64,000 nucleotides of DNA from an uncultured delta proteobacterium (lineage in GTDB: Bacteria > Myxococcota > Myxococcia > Myxococcales > Anaeromyxobacteraceae). Each line of letters starts with the position of its first letter. Within the stretch, counting starts at the first letter, position 1. The stretch covers positions 79,752-143,751 of the forward strand of contig CAWJSR010000015.1 of NCBI GenBank assembly GCA_963845515.1. The letters are read 5' to 3'. This document shows positions 20,748 to 31,084 of this stretch, in pieces. The position numbers and the translations under genes were made by a program. The notes under the pieces are model-generated. The model was not told where the DNA came from and did no database searches. It saw only the letters and a list, made by a program, of their open reading frames with translations.

Positions 20748-21233
20748 ATGCGCTACGCGCTCGCCATCGCCGCCGCCGCCCTGCTCTCCGTCGCTTCGAC
20801 CGCCTCCGCCCAGGGGATCAAGGGGACGGGCAGCTACGGCACCGCCGGCTGCGGTCTCGGCTCGCTCGTCTTCGGCAACCAGCCCGGCGCCATCCAGATC
20901 CTCGCGGCCACCACCAACGGCACGTTCGCCAGCCAGACCTTCGGCATCACCACCGGCACCTCCAACTGCGGGCCCGGCCTGGTCGCGCAGGGGACGAAGA
21001 ACTTCGTCGAGGCGAACCGCGAGACGCTCGCCAAGGACATGTCCCGCGGCCAGGGCGAGACGATCGGCGCGCTGACCGTCATGGCCGGCTGCTCCGACTC
21101 GCACCAGGTCGGCGCGGTCCTCCAGTCCAACTACGGCCGGATCTTCACGAGCGAGCAGGCTACGAGCGACGACGTCGCCAAGGCGCTCATCGAGGCGCTG
21201 AAGGCCGACAAGGCGCTCGGCTGCCAGATCTAG
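20748..21233 (+). CDS. Exported DUF3015-family protein
   Basis: Signal peptide, YGTAGCGLGS, QTFGITTGTSNC, DMSRGQGE. Confidence 0.75.
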   Translation: MRYALAIAAAALLSVASTASAQGIKGTGSYGTAGCGLGSLVFGNQPGAIQILAATTNGTFASQTFGITTGTSNCGPGLVAQGTKNFVEANRETLAKDMSRGQGETIGALTVMAGCSDSHQVGAVLQSNYGRIFTSEQATSDDVAKALIEALKADKALGCQI

Positions 21234-21255
21234 CCAGGGCGATCCAGTCGAGCTG

Positions 21256-21289
21256 CGGAGGGGAGTCCTCGCGAGAGGGCTCCCCTTCG
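21256..21289 (+). terminator. GC-rich intergenic hairpin (terminator or stabiliser)
   Basis: cggaggggagtcctc-gcga-gagggctccccttcg; weak U tract. Confidence 0.45.
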
Positions 21290-21305
21290 TGTATCCAGAG
21301 CCAGC

Positions 21306-23259
21306 GTGCTCTCACTCCTCGCACCGCTCTGTCACCGCGCTCGCCCTCTCGGCGCCGCCTCCGGCCGCCGCTCCGGATCCGGTCGTGTCCGCGGCTCCGG
21401 ACCCGGCCTACCTCGCCGAGCTCCAGGCCCGCGCGCGGGAGCTTCGGCTCGCCGACGAGCCGGGGTGGCTTCGGCTGGGCCACTGGCGCCCTCGCCTCCT
21501 CGGGGGGTGGGAGGGCGAGGCGGACGGGCGCGAGTTCTACCTGGCGAAGGACGGGAAGGCCGCCCCGGCCTCAGAGCTCCAGGCGACGCTCGCCGGCTTC
21601 TTCGACGCCGCGTCGCCGAAGGCGGACGAGCTCGACGACGCCCAGTGCCGCTTTCCGGCCCGCTTCGCGTGGCTCGCGGGGAAGCTGGGGTTCGACCTCG
21701 CGCGGCTTCCGCCGCGGCGCTGCAAGCGGTTCGACGAGTTCTACGAACGGCTTCAGGCGACCGGGGCGACGCTCGTCTTCTCCTCCTGGTACCTCAACAA
21801 CCCGTCGAGCGCCTTCGGCCACACCTTCCTGCGGCTCGACAAGGCCGGGGTGGCGACAGCCGGCCGCGACGCGGAGCTGCTCGACTACGGCGTCAACTAC
21901 TCGGCGAACCCGGAGAACACCAACTTCCTGTCCTACGCCGTCCGCGGGCTGCTCGGCGGCTTCAGGGGCGAGTTCAGCCACTACCCGTACTACTACAAGG
22001 TCCGGGAGTACGCGGAGTACGAGTCGCGCGATCTCTGGGAGTACGATCTCGCGCTCACCCCCGGCGAGGTCGCGATGCTCGTCGGGCACCTCTGGGAGCT
22101 TGGCGGCACGTGGTTCGAGTACTGGTACCTCCACGAGAACTGCTCCTACCACGTGCTCGCCGCGATCGAGGCCGCGGCCCCGCGGCTCGACCTCCTCTCT
22201 CACGTCGGCCGGATCGTCCTCCCCTCCGACACCGTGAAGGCGCTCTTCTGGAATCCCGGGCTCGTGCGCCAGGTCCAGTACCGCCCCTCGCTCCGCAGGG
22301 TCACCGACGCGCGGCTCGGCCTCCTCGACGGCGCGGAGCTCGAGCTGGTCGAGCCCCTGCTCGGCGCCCCCGCCCTCCCCTTCCCGGCCACGCTTCCTCC
22401 CCCGAGACAGGCGGCCGTCCTGGACGCCGCGCTCGATCTGCTCGACCTGCGCCGCGGCAAGCCGATGCTGATCGGCGCCGACCCGCAGGCCGCCGCTGCG
22501 CGCCAGGCGCTCCTCACGCGCCGCAGCGAGGTGCGGGTACAGAGCCCGCGGCTCGAGCTGGAGCCGCCGGTCAGCAGCCGGCCGGAGCTCGGCCACGCCA
22601 TGCATCGCGCCGGCGCTGGGGCCGGCGTCCTGGGCAAGGTCGGGCCGGTGGCGATCGCGGACCTGCGGCTCTCGCTACACGACCTGGCCGACCCGACCGC
22701 CGGCTACCCCCCCTACTCCCAGATCGAGTTCCTGCCGGTCCGCGCGGCGCTCTCGACACGCACCGGCCGGCTCGAGGCGCTCGACGCCTCGCTCGTCCGG
22801 ATCGTGTCGCTCAACGAGCTCACGCGCTTCGAGCAGCGCCCCTCGTGGCACATGCGGCTGGGCGCCGACCTGATCCGCGACGGCGGCTGCGATCGCTGCG
22901 TCGCCGCCGTGGCGGAGGGAGGGACCGGCTTCTCGGCCCTCGGGCTCCTCGGGGGGCTCGATCTCAGCGCCGGTGTCGACGGAGTGGTCGACTGGTCGCC
23001 GCGGCTGGACGGCGTCGGGGAGGCCCGGGTCCGGCTCGGCGGAGGGCCCGCGGCACTGGCCCGCGTCCGGCTCGGCGAGCGGCTCAGCCTCGTCGCAAAC
23101 GGCCGTTACCTCTTCCTGCCGTACACGGCGCTCCACCGGAGCTGGTCGACCGGGGCGGAGGCTCGCGTCCACCTGGGACGGCGCTTCTCGGTCGCCGCGA
23201 CCTGGCGGCTCGACCCCACCGATTGGCTCGCGGGCGCCCTGCTGCTCGGTTACTTCTGA
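21306..23259 (+). CDS. DUF4105 / Lnb-like exported protein (likely frameshift near 21330 in the signal peptide)
   Basis: QCRFPARFAWL, NNPSSAFGHTFLRLD, ESRDLWEY, ENCSY; follows the DUF3015 gene. Confidence 0.75.
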
Positions 23260-23422
23260 CGCCGCGATCCCCTCCCCCACCGGGTGGCGACCGCCGCGCT
23301 GCTCGGAGTATCATGCGCGTCCCCCGAAACACCCGGGGCCGCCGGCTCGCTCGGTCGAGGCAGCGGGCCCGAACGCCTCCCGCGCCTCCGGCGCGCAAGG
23401 GGCGACGAGAGGCAACGACACG

Positions 23423-25030
23423 ATGGACAGGAAGCTCCTCAGCGGAGACGAGGCGGTAGCAGCGGCGGCGCTCGACGCCGGCGTACACCTTGGGACCGGC
23501 TACCCGGGCACCCCCTCCACCGAGATCCTCGAGACCTTCAGCGCCCTCGGCGGGCGCGCACAGTGGGCGCCCAACGAGAAGGTGGCGCTCGAGGTCGGTC
23601 TCGGCGCGGCGTACGGCGGCGCTCGGGTCCTCGTCACGATGAAGCACGTCGGCGTCAACGTGGCGGCCGACCCGCTCTTCACGGCGGCCTACACCGGCGT
23701 CACCGGCGGCCTCGTCCTGGTCTCGGCCGACGATCCGGGGCTGGCCTCGTCGCAGAACGAGCAGGACAATCGGCACTACGCGAAGGCGGCCGGCCTCCCG
23801 ATGCTCGAGCCGTCCGACTCGCAGGAGGCCTACGACCTCGCCCGCGCGGCCTTCGAGCTCTCCGAGCGCTGGCAGCTCCCCGTCATGCTCCGCATGACGA
23901 CCCGGGTCTGCCACGGCAAGTCGATCGTCGTCCGGCGCGCCGCCGAGACTCCGAAGGCGCCCCGGTTCGTGCGCGACATCGTCGGGCGCGTGATGATCCC
24001 CGCCTACGCCAGGCCCGCCCACCGGCGGCTCCGCAAGAAGCTGGACGAGATCCAGGCGTGGGGCGAGTCCTCGCCGCTCGTCGTCGAGCGGAAGGGGGCC
24101 GGCAGACTCGGCATCGTCACCGCCGGGATCACGGCCCGCCACGCGCGGGAGGCTGCCCCCGACGCAAGCATGCTGGAGCTCAAGCTCCTCCACCCGCTCC
24201 CGATCGAGCGGATCCGCGCCTTCGCCAGGTCGGTGGAGCGCTGCTTCGTCGTCGAGGAGGGCGATCCCATCTTCGCCGACGCCATCCGCGCGGCGGGCAT
24301 CCAGGTCGAGTCGAAGGCCAACGACTTCCGGTTCGGCGAGATGAACGTCGAGCGGGTCCGGCGCGTCCTCGGGTTCGACTCGACGCCGGAGCCGGTTCCG
24401 CCCAAGGGGAAGCCTCCCCAGCTCTGCGACGCCTGCCCATACCACCCGGTCTACTCCGCCCTCCGGAAGCTCGACTGCATCGTGGCCGGCGACATCGGGT
24501 GCTACACGCTCGGCGTCCTGCCGCCCTACCAGGGGCTCGACACCTGCGTGGCGATGGGGGCCTCGCTCGGCGTAGGGCTCGGGCTGCGCCACGTGCTCCC
24601 CGAGCAGGACGCACGGCGCGTCGTCTCGCTGATCGGCGACTCGACCTTCGTCCACACCGGCGTCAACGGCCTCATCGAGATGATCTACAACCCGCCGAAG
24701 ACCGGGCACGTCCTGATCATCCTCGACAACGGCACGACCGCCATGACCGGCCAGCAGGAACATCCCGGCACCGGCCGCACCCTCGACCACGAGGCGACCG
24801 GCAAGCTGTCGCTGGAGGGGCTCGCCCGAGCGCTCGGCGTGAAGAACGTCGACGTGATCGACCCGGTGAAGGACCCGCCGGGCTTCCTGAAGCTGCTGGG
24901 CGACCGGCTCGCGGTGCCCGAGCTGACGGTCATCATCGCCCGCAGGCCGTGCATCCTCGCGGCCGCGGACATCCGGCAGTACGAGCAGCAGAACGCCGCG
25001 AAGTGCAGCGCGGTCGCGGTGGAGGGGTGA
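23423..25030 (+). CDS. iorA: Indolepyruvate:ferredoxin oxidoreductase alpha subunit
   Basis: GYPGTPSTEI, WAPNEKVALE, SSQNEQDNR, GDIGCYTLG, IGDSTFVHTG, DNGTTAMTGQQ. Confidence 0.92.
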   Translation: MDRKLLSGDEAVAAAALDAGVHLGTGYPGTPSTEILETFSALGGRAQWAPNEKVALEVGLGAAYGGARVLVTMKHVGVNVAADPLFTAAYTGVTGGLVLVSADDPGLASSQNEQDNRHYAKAAGLPMLEPSDSQEAYDLARAAFELSERWQLPVMLRMTTRVCHGKSIVVRRAAETPKAPRFVRDIVGRVMIPAYARPAHRRLRKKLDEIQAWGESSPLVVERKGAGRLGIVTAGITARHAREAAPDASMLELKLLHPLPIERIRAFARSVERCFVVEEGDPIFADAIRAAGIQVESKANDFRFGEMNVERVRRVLGFDSTPEPVPPKGKPPQLCDACPYHPVYSALRKLDCIVAGDIGCYTLGVLPPYQGLDTCVAMGASLGVGLGLRHVLPEQDARRVVSLIGDSTFVHTGVNGLIEMIYNPPKTGHVLIILDNGTTAMTGQQEHPGTGRTLDHEATGKLSLEGLARALGVKNVDVIDPVKDPPGFLKLLGDRLAVPELTVIIARRPCILAAADIRQYEQQNAAKCSAVAVEG

Positions 25031-25518
25031 TGGCACGCAAGGTCATGAACGTCATCCTCGCCGGGCTCGGCGGGCAGGGGGTCATCAAGGCCTCCGACAT
25101 CCTGGCCGACGCCGCCTTCCGCGACGGCCGCGACGTCAAGAAGGCCGAGGTCCACGGGATGAGCCAGCGCGGCGGCTCGGTGACCACCGACGTGCGGTTC
25201 GGCGACGAGGTGCTCTCGCCGATGATCCCCTGGGGCGAGGCCGACTTCATCGTGGTCTGCGCGCCGAGCGAGGTGGAGGTGGTCCGGCCGCTCCTTCGGC
25301 AGGGCGGCCTGATGCTCCCGCCCGACTTCGTCGACGAGTCGAAGCTCGGGAACAAGCGGAGCCTCAACGTCGCGCTGCTCGGCGCCCTCTCGCACCACCT
25401 CGACATCCCCGAGGAGCGCTGGATCGAGGCGATCAACGCCGCGCTGCCGGCGCACCTGCACGACGTCAACGCCAAGGCCTTCCGGCTCGGGCGGGAGACC
25501 GCCGCAGCAAGGACGTAG
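25030..25518 (+). CDS. iorB: Indolepyruvate oxidoreductase beta subunit
   Basis: GLGGQGVI, EVHGMSQRGGSV; coupled to iorA. Confidence 0.9.
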   Translation: MARKVMNVILAGLGGQGVIKASDILADAAFRDGRDVKKAEVHGMSQRGGSVTTDVRFGDEVLSPMIPWGEADFIVVCAPSEVEVVRPLLRQGGLMLPPDFVDESKLGNKRSLNVALLGALSHHLDIPEERWIEAINAALPAHLHDVNAKAFRLGRETAAART

Positions 25519-25570
25519 ATCACGCCGGGCGCGCCAGCGCCGCGGCACGAGGACCCAGGAGGAGGGACCC

Positions 25571-26896
25571 GTGAAGAGCCAGTGGAACGACGCCCCCGGA
25601 GGCTTTCATCCAGCCAGCGCGCCCGACTTCCTGCCGCGCGCGCAGCTCCAGACGCTCCAGCTCGGCCGGCTGCAGGCGACCGTCGCCCGCGCCTACGACA
25701 AGGTGCCGCTCTTCCGTGAGCGGATGGAGGCCAGCGGCCTCCGGCCCGCCGACGTCAAGGCGCTCCCCGACATCGCGAAGCTCCCGTTCACGGTGAAGGC
25801 GGACCTCCGCGACACCTACCCCTTCGGCCTCTTCGCGAGCCCGATGGAGGAGGTGGTCAGGCTCCACGCCTCCTCCGGGACGACCGGCAAGCCGATCGTC
25901 GTCGCCTACACCGAGACCGACCTGCAGGTCTGGACGAGCGTGATGGTCCGCTCCTTCGCCGCCTGTGGGCTCCACCGGGGCGACGTCCTCCAGAATGCGT
26001 ACGGCTACGGCCTCTTCACCGGCGGTCTCGGCGCGCACTACGGGGGCGAGGCGCTGGGCGCGACGGTGATCCCGATCTCCGGCGGCAACACCGAGCGGCA
26101 GCTCATGGTGCTGCAGGACTTCGGCGTCACCGCGATCAGCTGCACGCCCAGCTACTTCATCCACCTGGTGGAGAAGGCGCGCGAGGCGAAGGTCGGCTTC
26201 GGCAAGCTCAAGGTCGGGGTCTTCGGCGCCGAGCCCTGGAGCGAGGAGATGCGCCAGTACATCCAGGCGGAGACCGGGATCAAGGCCTACGACATCTACG
26301 GCCTCTCCGAGATCACCGGCCCCGGCGTCGGGATCGAGTGCCAGGCGCAGTCCGGCCCGCACATCTTCGAGGACCACTTCTTCCCGGAGATCATCGACCC
26401 GGAGACCGGCGCCCCGCTGCCGGACGGCGCCGAGGGTGAGCTCGTGCTCACGACCCTCTCGAAGCAGGCGATGCCGATGATCCGGTACCGGACGCGTGAC
26501 ATCACGTCGATCCACCCGGAGCCCTGCCCCTGCGGCCGGACGATCCGCCGGATCCGGCGCATCGGCAGGCGCTCCGACGACATGTTCATCATCCGTGGCG
26601 TCAACGTCTTCCCGTCGCAGGTCGAGACCGCGCTCCTCAAGGTGGAGGGGACGCTGCCGCACTACCAGATCATCCTCACCCGCGAGCTCGGGCTGGACAA
26701 CATGGAGGTGCAGGTCGAGGTCACGCCGGAGTTCTTCTCCGACAAGATCAGCGCCCTCGAGAGCCTGCAGCACAAGCTGGCGGACGCCGTCGAGCACGTC
26801 CTCGGGCTCCGCGTGAAGGTCACCCTCGTCGAGCCGCGGACGCTGGCGCGCAGCGAGGGCAAGGCGAAGCGGGTCGTCGACAAGCGCAGGATCTGA
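25571..26896 (+). CDS. paaK: Phenylacetate-CoA ligase
   Basis: HASSGTTGKP, YGYGLFTGGLGAHYG, YGLSE, RYRTRD, GRRSDDMFIIRGVNVFPSQ. Confidence 0.9.
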   Translation: MKSQWNDAPGGFHPASAPDFLPRAQLQTLQLGRLQATVARAYDKVPLFRERMEASGLRPADVKALPDIAKLPFTVKADLRDTYPFGLFASPMEEVVRLHASSGTTGKPIVVAYTETDLQVWTSVMVRSFAACGLHRGDVLQNAYGYGLFTGGLGAHYGGEALGATVIPISGGNTERQLMVLQDFGVTAISCTPSYFIHLVEKAREAKVGFGKLKVGVFGAEPWSEEMRQYIQAETGIKAYDIYGLSEITGPGVGIECQAQSGPHIFEDHFFPEIIDPETGAPLPDGAEGELVLTTLSKQAMPMIRYRTRDITSIHPEPCPCGRTIRRIRRIGRRSDDMFIIRGVNVFPSQVETALLKVEGTLPHYQIILTRELGLDNMEVQVEVTPEFFSDKISALESLQHKLADAVEHVLGLRVKVTLVEPRTLARSEGKAKRVVDKRRI

Positions 26897-26905
26897 GGAG
26901 CCGCC

Positions 26906-27352
26906 ATGAAGATCCGTCAGCTCTCGCTCTTCCTCGAGAACCGCCCCGGGCAGCTCCGAGTCCCCTTCAAGGCGCTCGGCGACGCGGGGATCGACTGCCT
27001 CACGATGTCGCTCGCCGACACCCAGCAGTTCGGGATCCTGCGGCTGGTGGTGAAGGACTGGGAGCGCGCCAAGAAGGTGCTCGAGGCGGCCGGCTCCGTC
27101 GTCAACGTCACCGAGCTGATCGCGATCGACGTCCCGGACCGTCCGGGCGGCCTCGCCGAGGTCCTCGAGACGTTCGAGAAGATCGGCCTCGGCATCGAGT
27201 ACATGTACGCCTTCGCGGCGTCGCGCGCGCGCGGCGGCGACGCGACGCTGCTCGTGCGGCTCGAGGACACCGACGCCGGCGCCCGCCAGCTCCAGGCCGC
27301 GGGCGTGAAGCTCGTGAGCGCCGAGGAGCTGTTCCTGCGGGTGGGAGCGTGA
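26906..27352 (+). CDS. ACT-domain protein
   Basis: QLSLFLENRPG, FGILRL, DRPGGL, EYMYAF. Confidence 0.85.
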   Translation: MKIRQLSLFLENRPGQLRVPFKALGDAGIDCLTMSLADTQQFGILRLVVKDWERAKKVLEAAGSVVNVTELIAIDVPDRPGGLAEVLETFEKIGLGIEYMYAFAASRARGGDATLLVRLEDTDAGARQLQAAGVKLVSAEELFLRVGA

Positions 27353-27376
27353 TGGCCGGGGCGGAGCGCTAGACCC

Positions 27377-28702
27377 ATGGCCGACTTCCCGTTCGAGAAC
27401 CGGATCTGGGATCCGGCCGAGACCTTCTCTCGCGCCGCGCTCTCCGACCTCCAGCGCACCCGCCTCGCCGAGACGCTTCGGCGCGCCGCCGCCGTGCCCT
27501 TCTACCGGGACGAGCTGGCGCGCCGCAGGGTCGAAGCCGGCTCGATCCGGTCGCCCGACGACGTCCGGCGGCTCCCCTTCACGGTGAAGGACGACCTCCG
27601 GGACCACTACCCCTTCGGCCTCCTCGCGGTCCCGCGCAGCGAGGTCGCGCGCGTCCACGGCTCCTCGGGGACTACCGGCAGGCCCACCTTCGTCGCCTAC
27701 ACGAAGCGGGACCTCGAGACCTGGTCCGGGCTCGTCGCCCGCTTCCTCACCGCTGGCGGCCTGCGCCCCGAGCACTTCGTCCACATCGCCTTCGGCTACG
27801 GGCTCTTCACCGGCGGCTTCGGCCTGCACTACGGCGTCGAGCGGGTCGGCGCGGCGGTGGTCCCGGCGGCCGGCGGGAACACGCCGCGGCAGGTGCTGCT
27901 CATCCGCGACCTCGGCGCCGAGGTCCTGGTCTGCACCCCCTCCTACGCGCTCCACATCGCAGAGGTGGCGCGGGAGCAGGGGTTCGCGCCGGGGTCGCTG
28001 CCGCTCCGGTTCGGCCACTTCGGCGGGGAGCCCTGGACGGAGGAGATGCGGCTGGAGATCGAGCGTGAGCTCGGCATCCTCGCGTTCAACAACTACGGCC
28101 TGTCCGAGGTGATCGGCCCCGGCGTCGCCGGCGAGTGCCCGGCGCGCCGCGGGATGCACGTCCAGGAGGACCACTTCATCGTCGAGTGCCTCGACCCGGT
28201 CACGCTCGAGCCGGTGCGGGACGGCGAGGTGGGCGAGCTGGTCTTCACGTCGCTCACGAAGGAGGCGCTCCCGATCCTCCGCTACCGGACCCGTGACCTG
28301 GCGACGCTCGACCGGTCACCGTGTCCCTGTGGCAGGACCGGCGTCCGGATGGGGCGCGTCGTCGGCCGCTCCGACGACATGTTCATCGTCCGCGGCGTCA
28401 ACGTCTTCCCGTCCCAGGTGGAGGAGGCGCTCCTGCGCGTGGAGGGGACTGCGCCCCACTACCTCATCGAGATCTCGCGCCCCGGCTCGCTGGACGAGGT
28501 GGTGGTGAAGGTCGAGATCCGTCCAGGCGAGTTCTCGGACGAGATGCGCCACATGATCGCGCTGCACGACCGGATCGATCGCGAGATCCACGCAGTGACC
28601 GGGATCCGGATGCGGGTCGAGCTGGTCGCGCCCGGCTCGATCGAGCGCTCCGCCGGCAAGGCGAAGCGCGTAGTCGATCACCGCAAGGGATCTACTTCGT
28701 GA
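27377..28702 (+). CDS. paaK: Phenylacetate-CoA ligase, second paralog
   Basis: HGSSGTTG, FGYGLFTGG, YGLSE, GRSDDMFIVRGVNVFPSQ. Confidence 0.88.
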   Translation: MADFPFENRIWDPAETFSRAALSDLQRTRLAETLRRAAAVPFYRDELARRRVEAGSIRSPDDVRRLPFTVKDDLRDHYPFGLLAVPRSEVARVHGSSGTTGRPTFVAYTKRDLETWSGLVARFLTAGGLRPEHFVHIAFGYGLFTGGFGLHYGVERVGAAVVPAAGGNTPRQVLLIRDLGAEVLVCTPSYALHIAEVAREQGFAPGSLPLRFGHFGGEPWTEEMRLEIERELGILAFNNYGLSEVIGPGVAGECPARRGMHVQEDHFIVECLDPVTLEPVRDGEVGELVFTSLTKEALPILRYRTRDLATLDRSPCPCGRTGVRMGRVVGRSDDMFIVRGVNVFPSQVEEALLRVEGTAPHYLIEISRPGSLDEVVVKVEIRPGEFSDEMRHMIALHDRIDREIHAVTGIRMRVELVAPGSIERSAGKAKRVVDHRKGSTS

Positions 28703-29126
28703 TCGTCACGCGCCGCACACCATCGGTGTCGGCGCCGGGTGAGACGTAGCCGATGGCGCCCGGGTACTCGCGTACGTAGGCCACGACCTCGGCATCCGTC
28801 CGCTTCTCCGGCGGCGGAACCGCCCGCCCCGAGAAGACCGACTGGGTCCAGTATTGCTCGATCGCCCCGATCGAGCGGCCGAGGACCTCCTTCGTGAAGG
28901 CCTTGCGCACAGGCGAGCCCTTGGCGAGGTCGACCGGCTTCACGTGCTCTCCGCCCGGCCACTGGGTCGTGCTGCGGAGGAAGAGCCGCGCCGCGTCGGG
29001 TCGCGCGAGCGTCGACGCCGAGTTGGCGGTGTTGACGATCACCACGTACTCGGCAGCCGCCGACGCCACCGGAAGGAGCGCGGCGGCGGCGAGGCCAAGC
29101 AGGGCTAGCGAGCGTGTGCGGGACAT
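28692..29126 (-). CDS. Small exported PstS-like substrate-binding protein
   Basis: Signal peptide, VVIVN, YWTQSVFSGRAVPP, PGAIGYV. Confidence 0.7.
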   Translation of the reverse strand: MSRTRSLALLGLAAAALLPVASAAAEYVVIVNTANSASTLARPDAARLFLRSTTQWPGGEHVKPVDLAKGSPVRKAFTKEVLGRSIGAIEQYWTQSVFSGRAVPPPEKRTDAEVVAYVREYPGAIGYVSPGADTDGVRRVTITK

Positions 29127-29315
29127 CAGGGCGTCTCTCCGGCAGCGGCTGGCCCACGCCTCCCGCTGTGTGGGGGCGGAACTTAGCCTTTCTACCCGGA
29201 GCCGTCGACGCTCGTTTGCACCGTTTTCACCAGGAGTCGTGTCACATACGGGTCAGCTCCATGGGGGCCCGGCGAGGTTGAACGATCCACGGCGAGCGGG
29301 GTAGAAGCCCCCGCC

Positions 29316-30913
29316 ATGAACCGACCGGCGCGACCGACACAGGGCGACAAGCTCCCGCAGGGCCTTCGGGCGACGATCGGCAAGGACGCGCTCGCCTCGG
29401 TCGTCGTCTTCCTCGTGGCGCTGCCGCTGTGCATGGGCGTCGCGATCGCCTCCGGCGTGTCGCCGATGGCGGGGCTGATCACCGGCATCGTCGGCGGCCT
29501 GGTGGTCGGCCCGATCGCCGGCTCGCCGCTGCAGGTCAGCGGTCCGGCAGCGGGCCTGACCGTGCTCGTCTGGCAGCTCGTGCAGCAGCACGGCATCGCG
29601 ATGCTGGGCGTGATCGTGCTGCTCGCCGGGCTGATGCAGTTCGCCGCCGGCCTGCTCAAGCTGGGCCAGTGGTTCCGCGCGGTCTCGCCGGCCGTCATCC
29701 ACGGCATGCTGGCCGGCATCGGCGTGCTGATCTTCGGCTCGCAGTTCCACGTCATGCTGGACGGGAAGCCGATCGGCTCCGGGCTCGCAGAACTTCGCCG
29801 GCATCCCGCGCACCCTGGTGGCGGCGCTGTCGTCTGCGGGCCCCTCGGCGCAGGCCCTCTGCATCGGCCTGCTCACCATCGCGCTGATCGTGCTGTGGAG
29901 CGCGTTCGCCACCGGAAGGCTGAAGATGTTGCCGGGCCCGCTCGTGGCGGTGGTCGTGGCGGCGATCGTCTCCGCCGCGATGCGGCTGAAGATCAAGTAC
30001 ATCCCCGACCTGCTCGCCAACCCGGAGGACATCAACGACTTCTGGGCCGCCGTTCATCTGCCCACGCTCGAGACCCTGCGGCAGGCGTTGGAGGGCGACA
30101 TCCTCATCGCCGCCGTCTCGGTCGCCTTCATCGCCAGCGCGGAGACGCTGCTGAGCGCCAGCGCTGTCGATCAGCTGCACCAGGGGCCGCGCACCAAGTA
30201 CGACAAGGAGCTGGTGGCGCAGGGCGTCGGCAACTTCATCTGCGGCCTGCTCGGCGCGCTGCCGATGACCGGCGTGATCGTGCGCTCCACCGCCAACGTC
30301 GAGGCGGGCGCCAGGACGCGCGCGTCCGCCATCCTGCACGGCGTCTGGCTGCTGCTGTTCGCGGCGGTGCTGCCGTTCATCCTCCGCGTACATCCCGGTC
30401 GCGAGCCTGGCCGCGGTGCTGGTCTTCACCGGCTACAAGCTGGCCTATCCCAAGGCGGTCCCGAGCCTGCTCAAGTTCGGCAAGAGCGAGGTGGCGATCT
30501 ACTTCGTCACCATCGTCATGATCGTGTCGACGAACCTGCTGGAGGGCGTGCTGGTCGGCCTGGGGCTGTCGATCCTCAAGCTGCTCTACGCCTTCTCGCA
30601 TCTGGAGATCCGCTGGGAGGACGACGAGGACGGCAACCGGGTGCAGCTGCACCTGAAGGGCGCAGCCACGTTGATCCGGCTGCCCAGGCTCGCGGCCGCG
30701 CTGGAGGAGGTCAAACCGGGGACCGAGGTGCATGTCCACTTCGAGCACCTGGACTACATCGACCACGCCTGCCTCGACCTGCTGTCCAACTGGGAAAGGC
30801 AGCACGAGGTCACCGGCGGCACGCTGGTCATCGAATGGGAGGAGCTCTCCTCGAAGTACCACCAGCGTCGGCCCGGGGCGAAGAGGAGCGCGGCCTCCCC
30901 GACCCCAGGGTGA
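29316..30913 (+). CDS. SulP-family anion/bicarbonate transporter (frameshifts near 29790 and 30385)
   Basis: VVFLVALPLCMGVAIASG, QVSGPAAGL, ELVAQGVGN, TGVIVRSTANV, YIDHAC across three frames. Confidence 0.85.
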
Positions 30914-31084
30914 GCCCGGGGAGAGTGGCGAGAATGAAGTAGCACTCCGCGCCCGTGCGCCCCGATGCCGCACCCACTCGGCGCGGACGTGGCATGCGGT
31001 CGGCACACCCCCTCTGGTATGGATCCACGCGGCTTCGCGAGCACGTGCTTGCGCACGCCGCCACGAAGGGACCGGGGAACGCCG

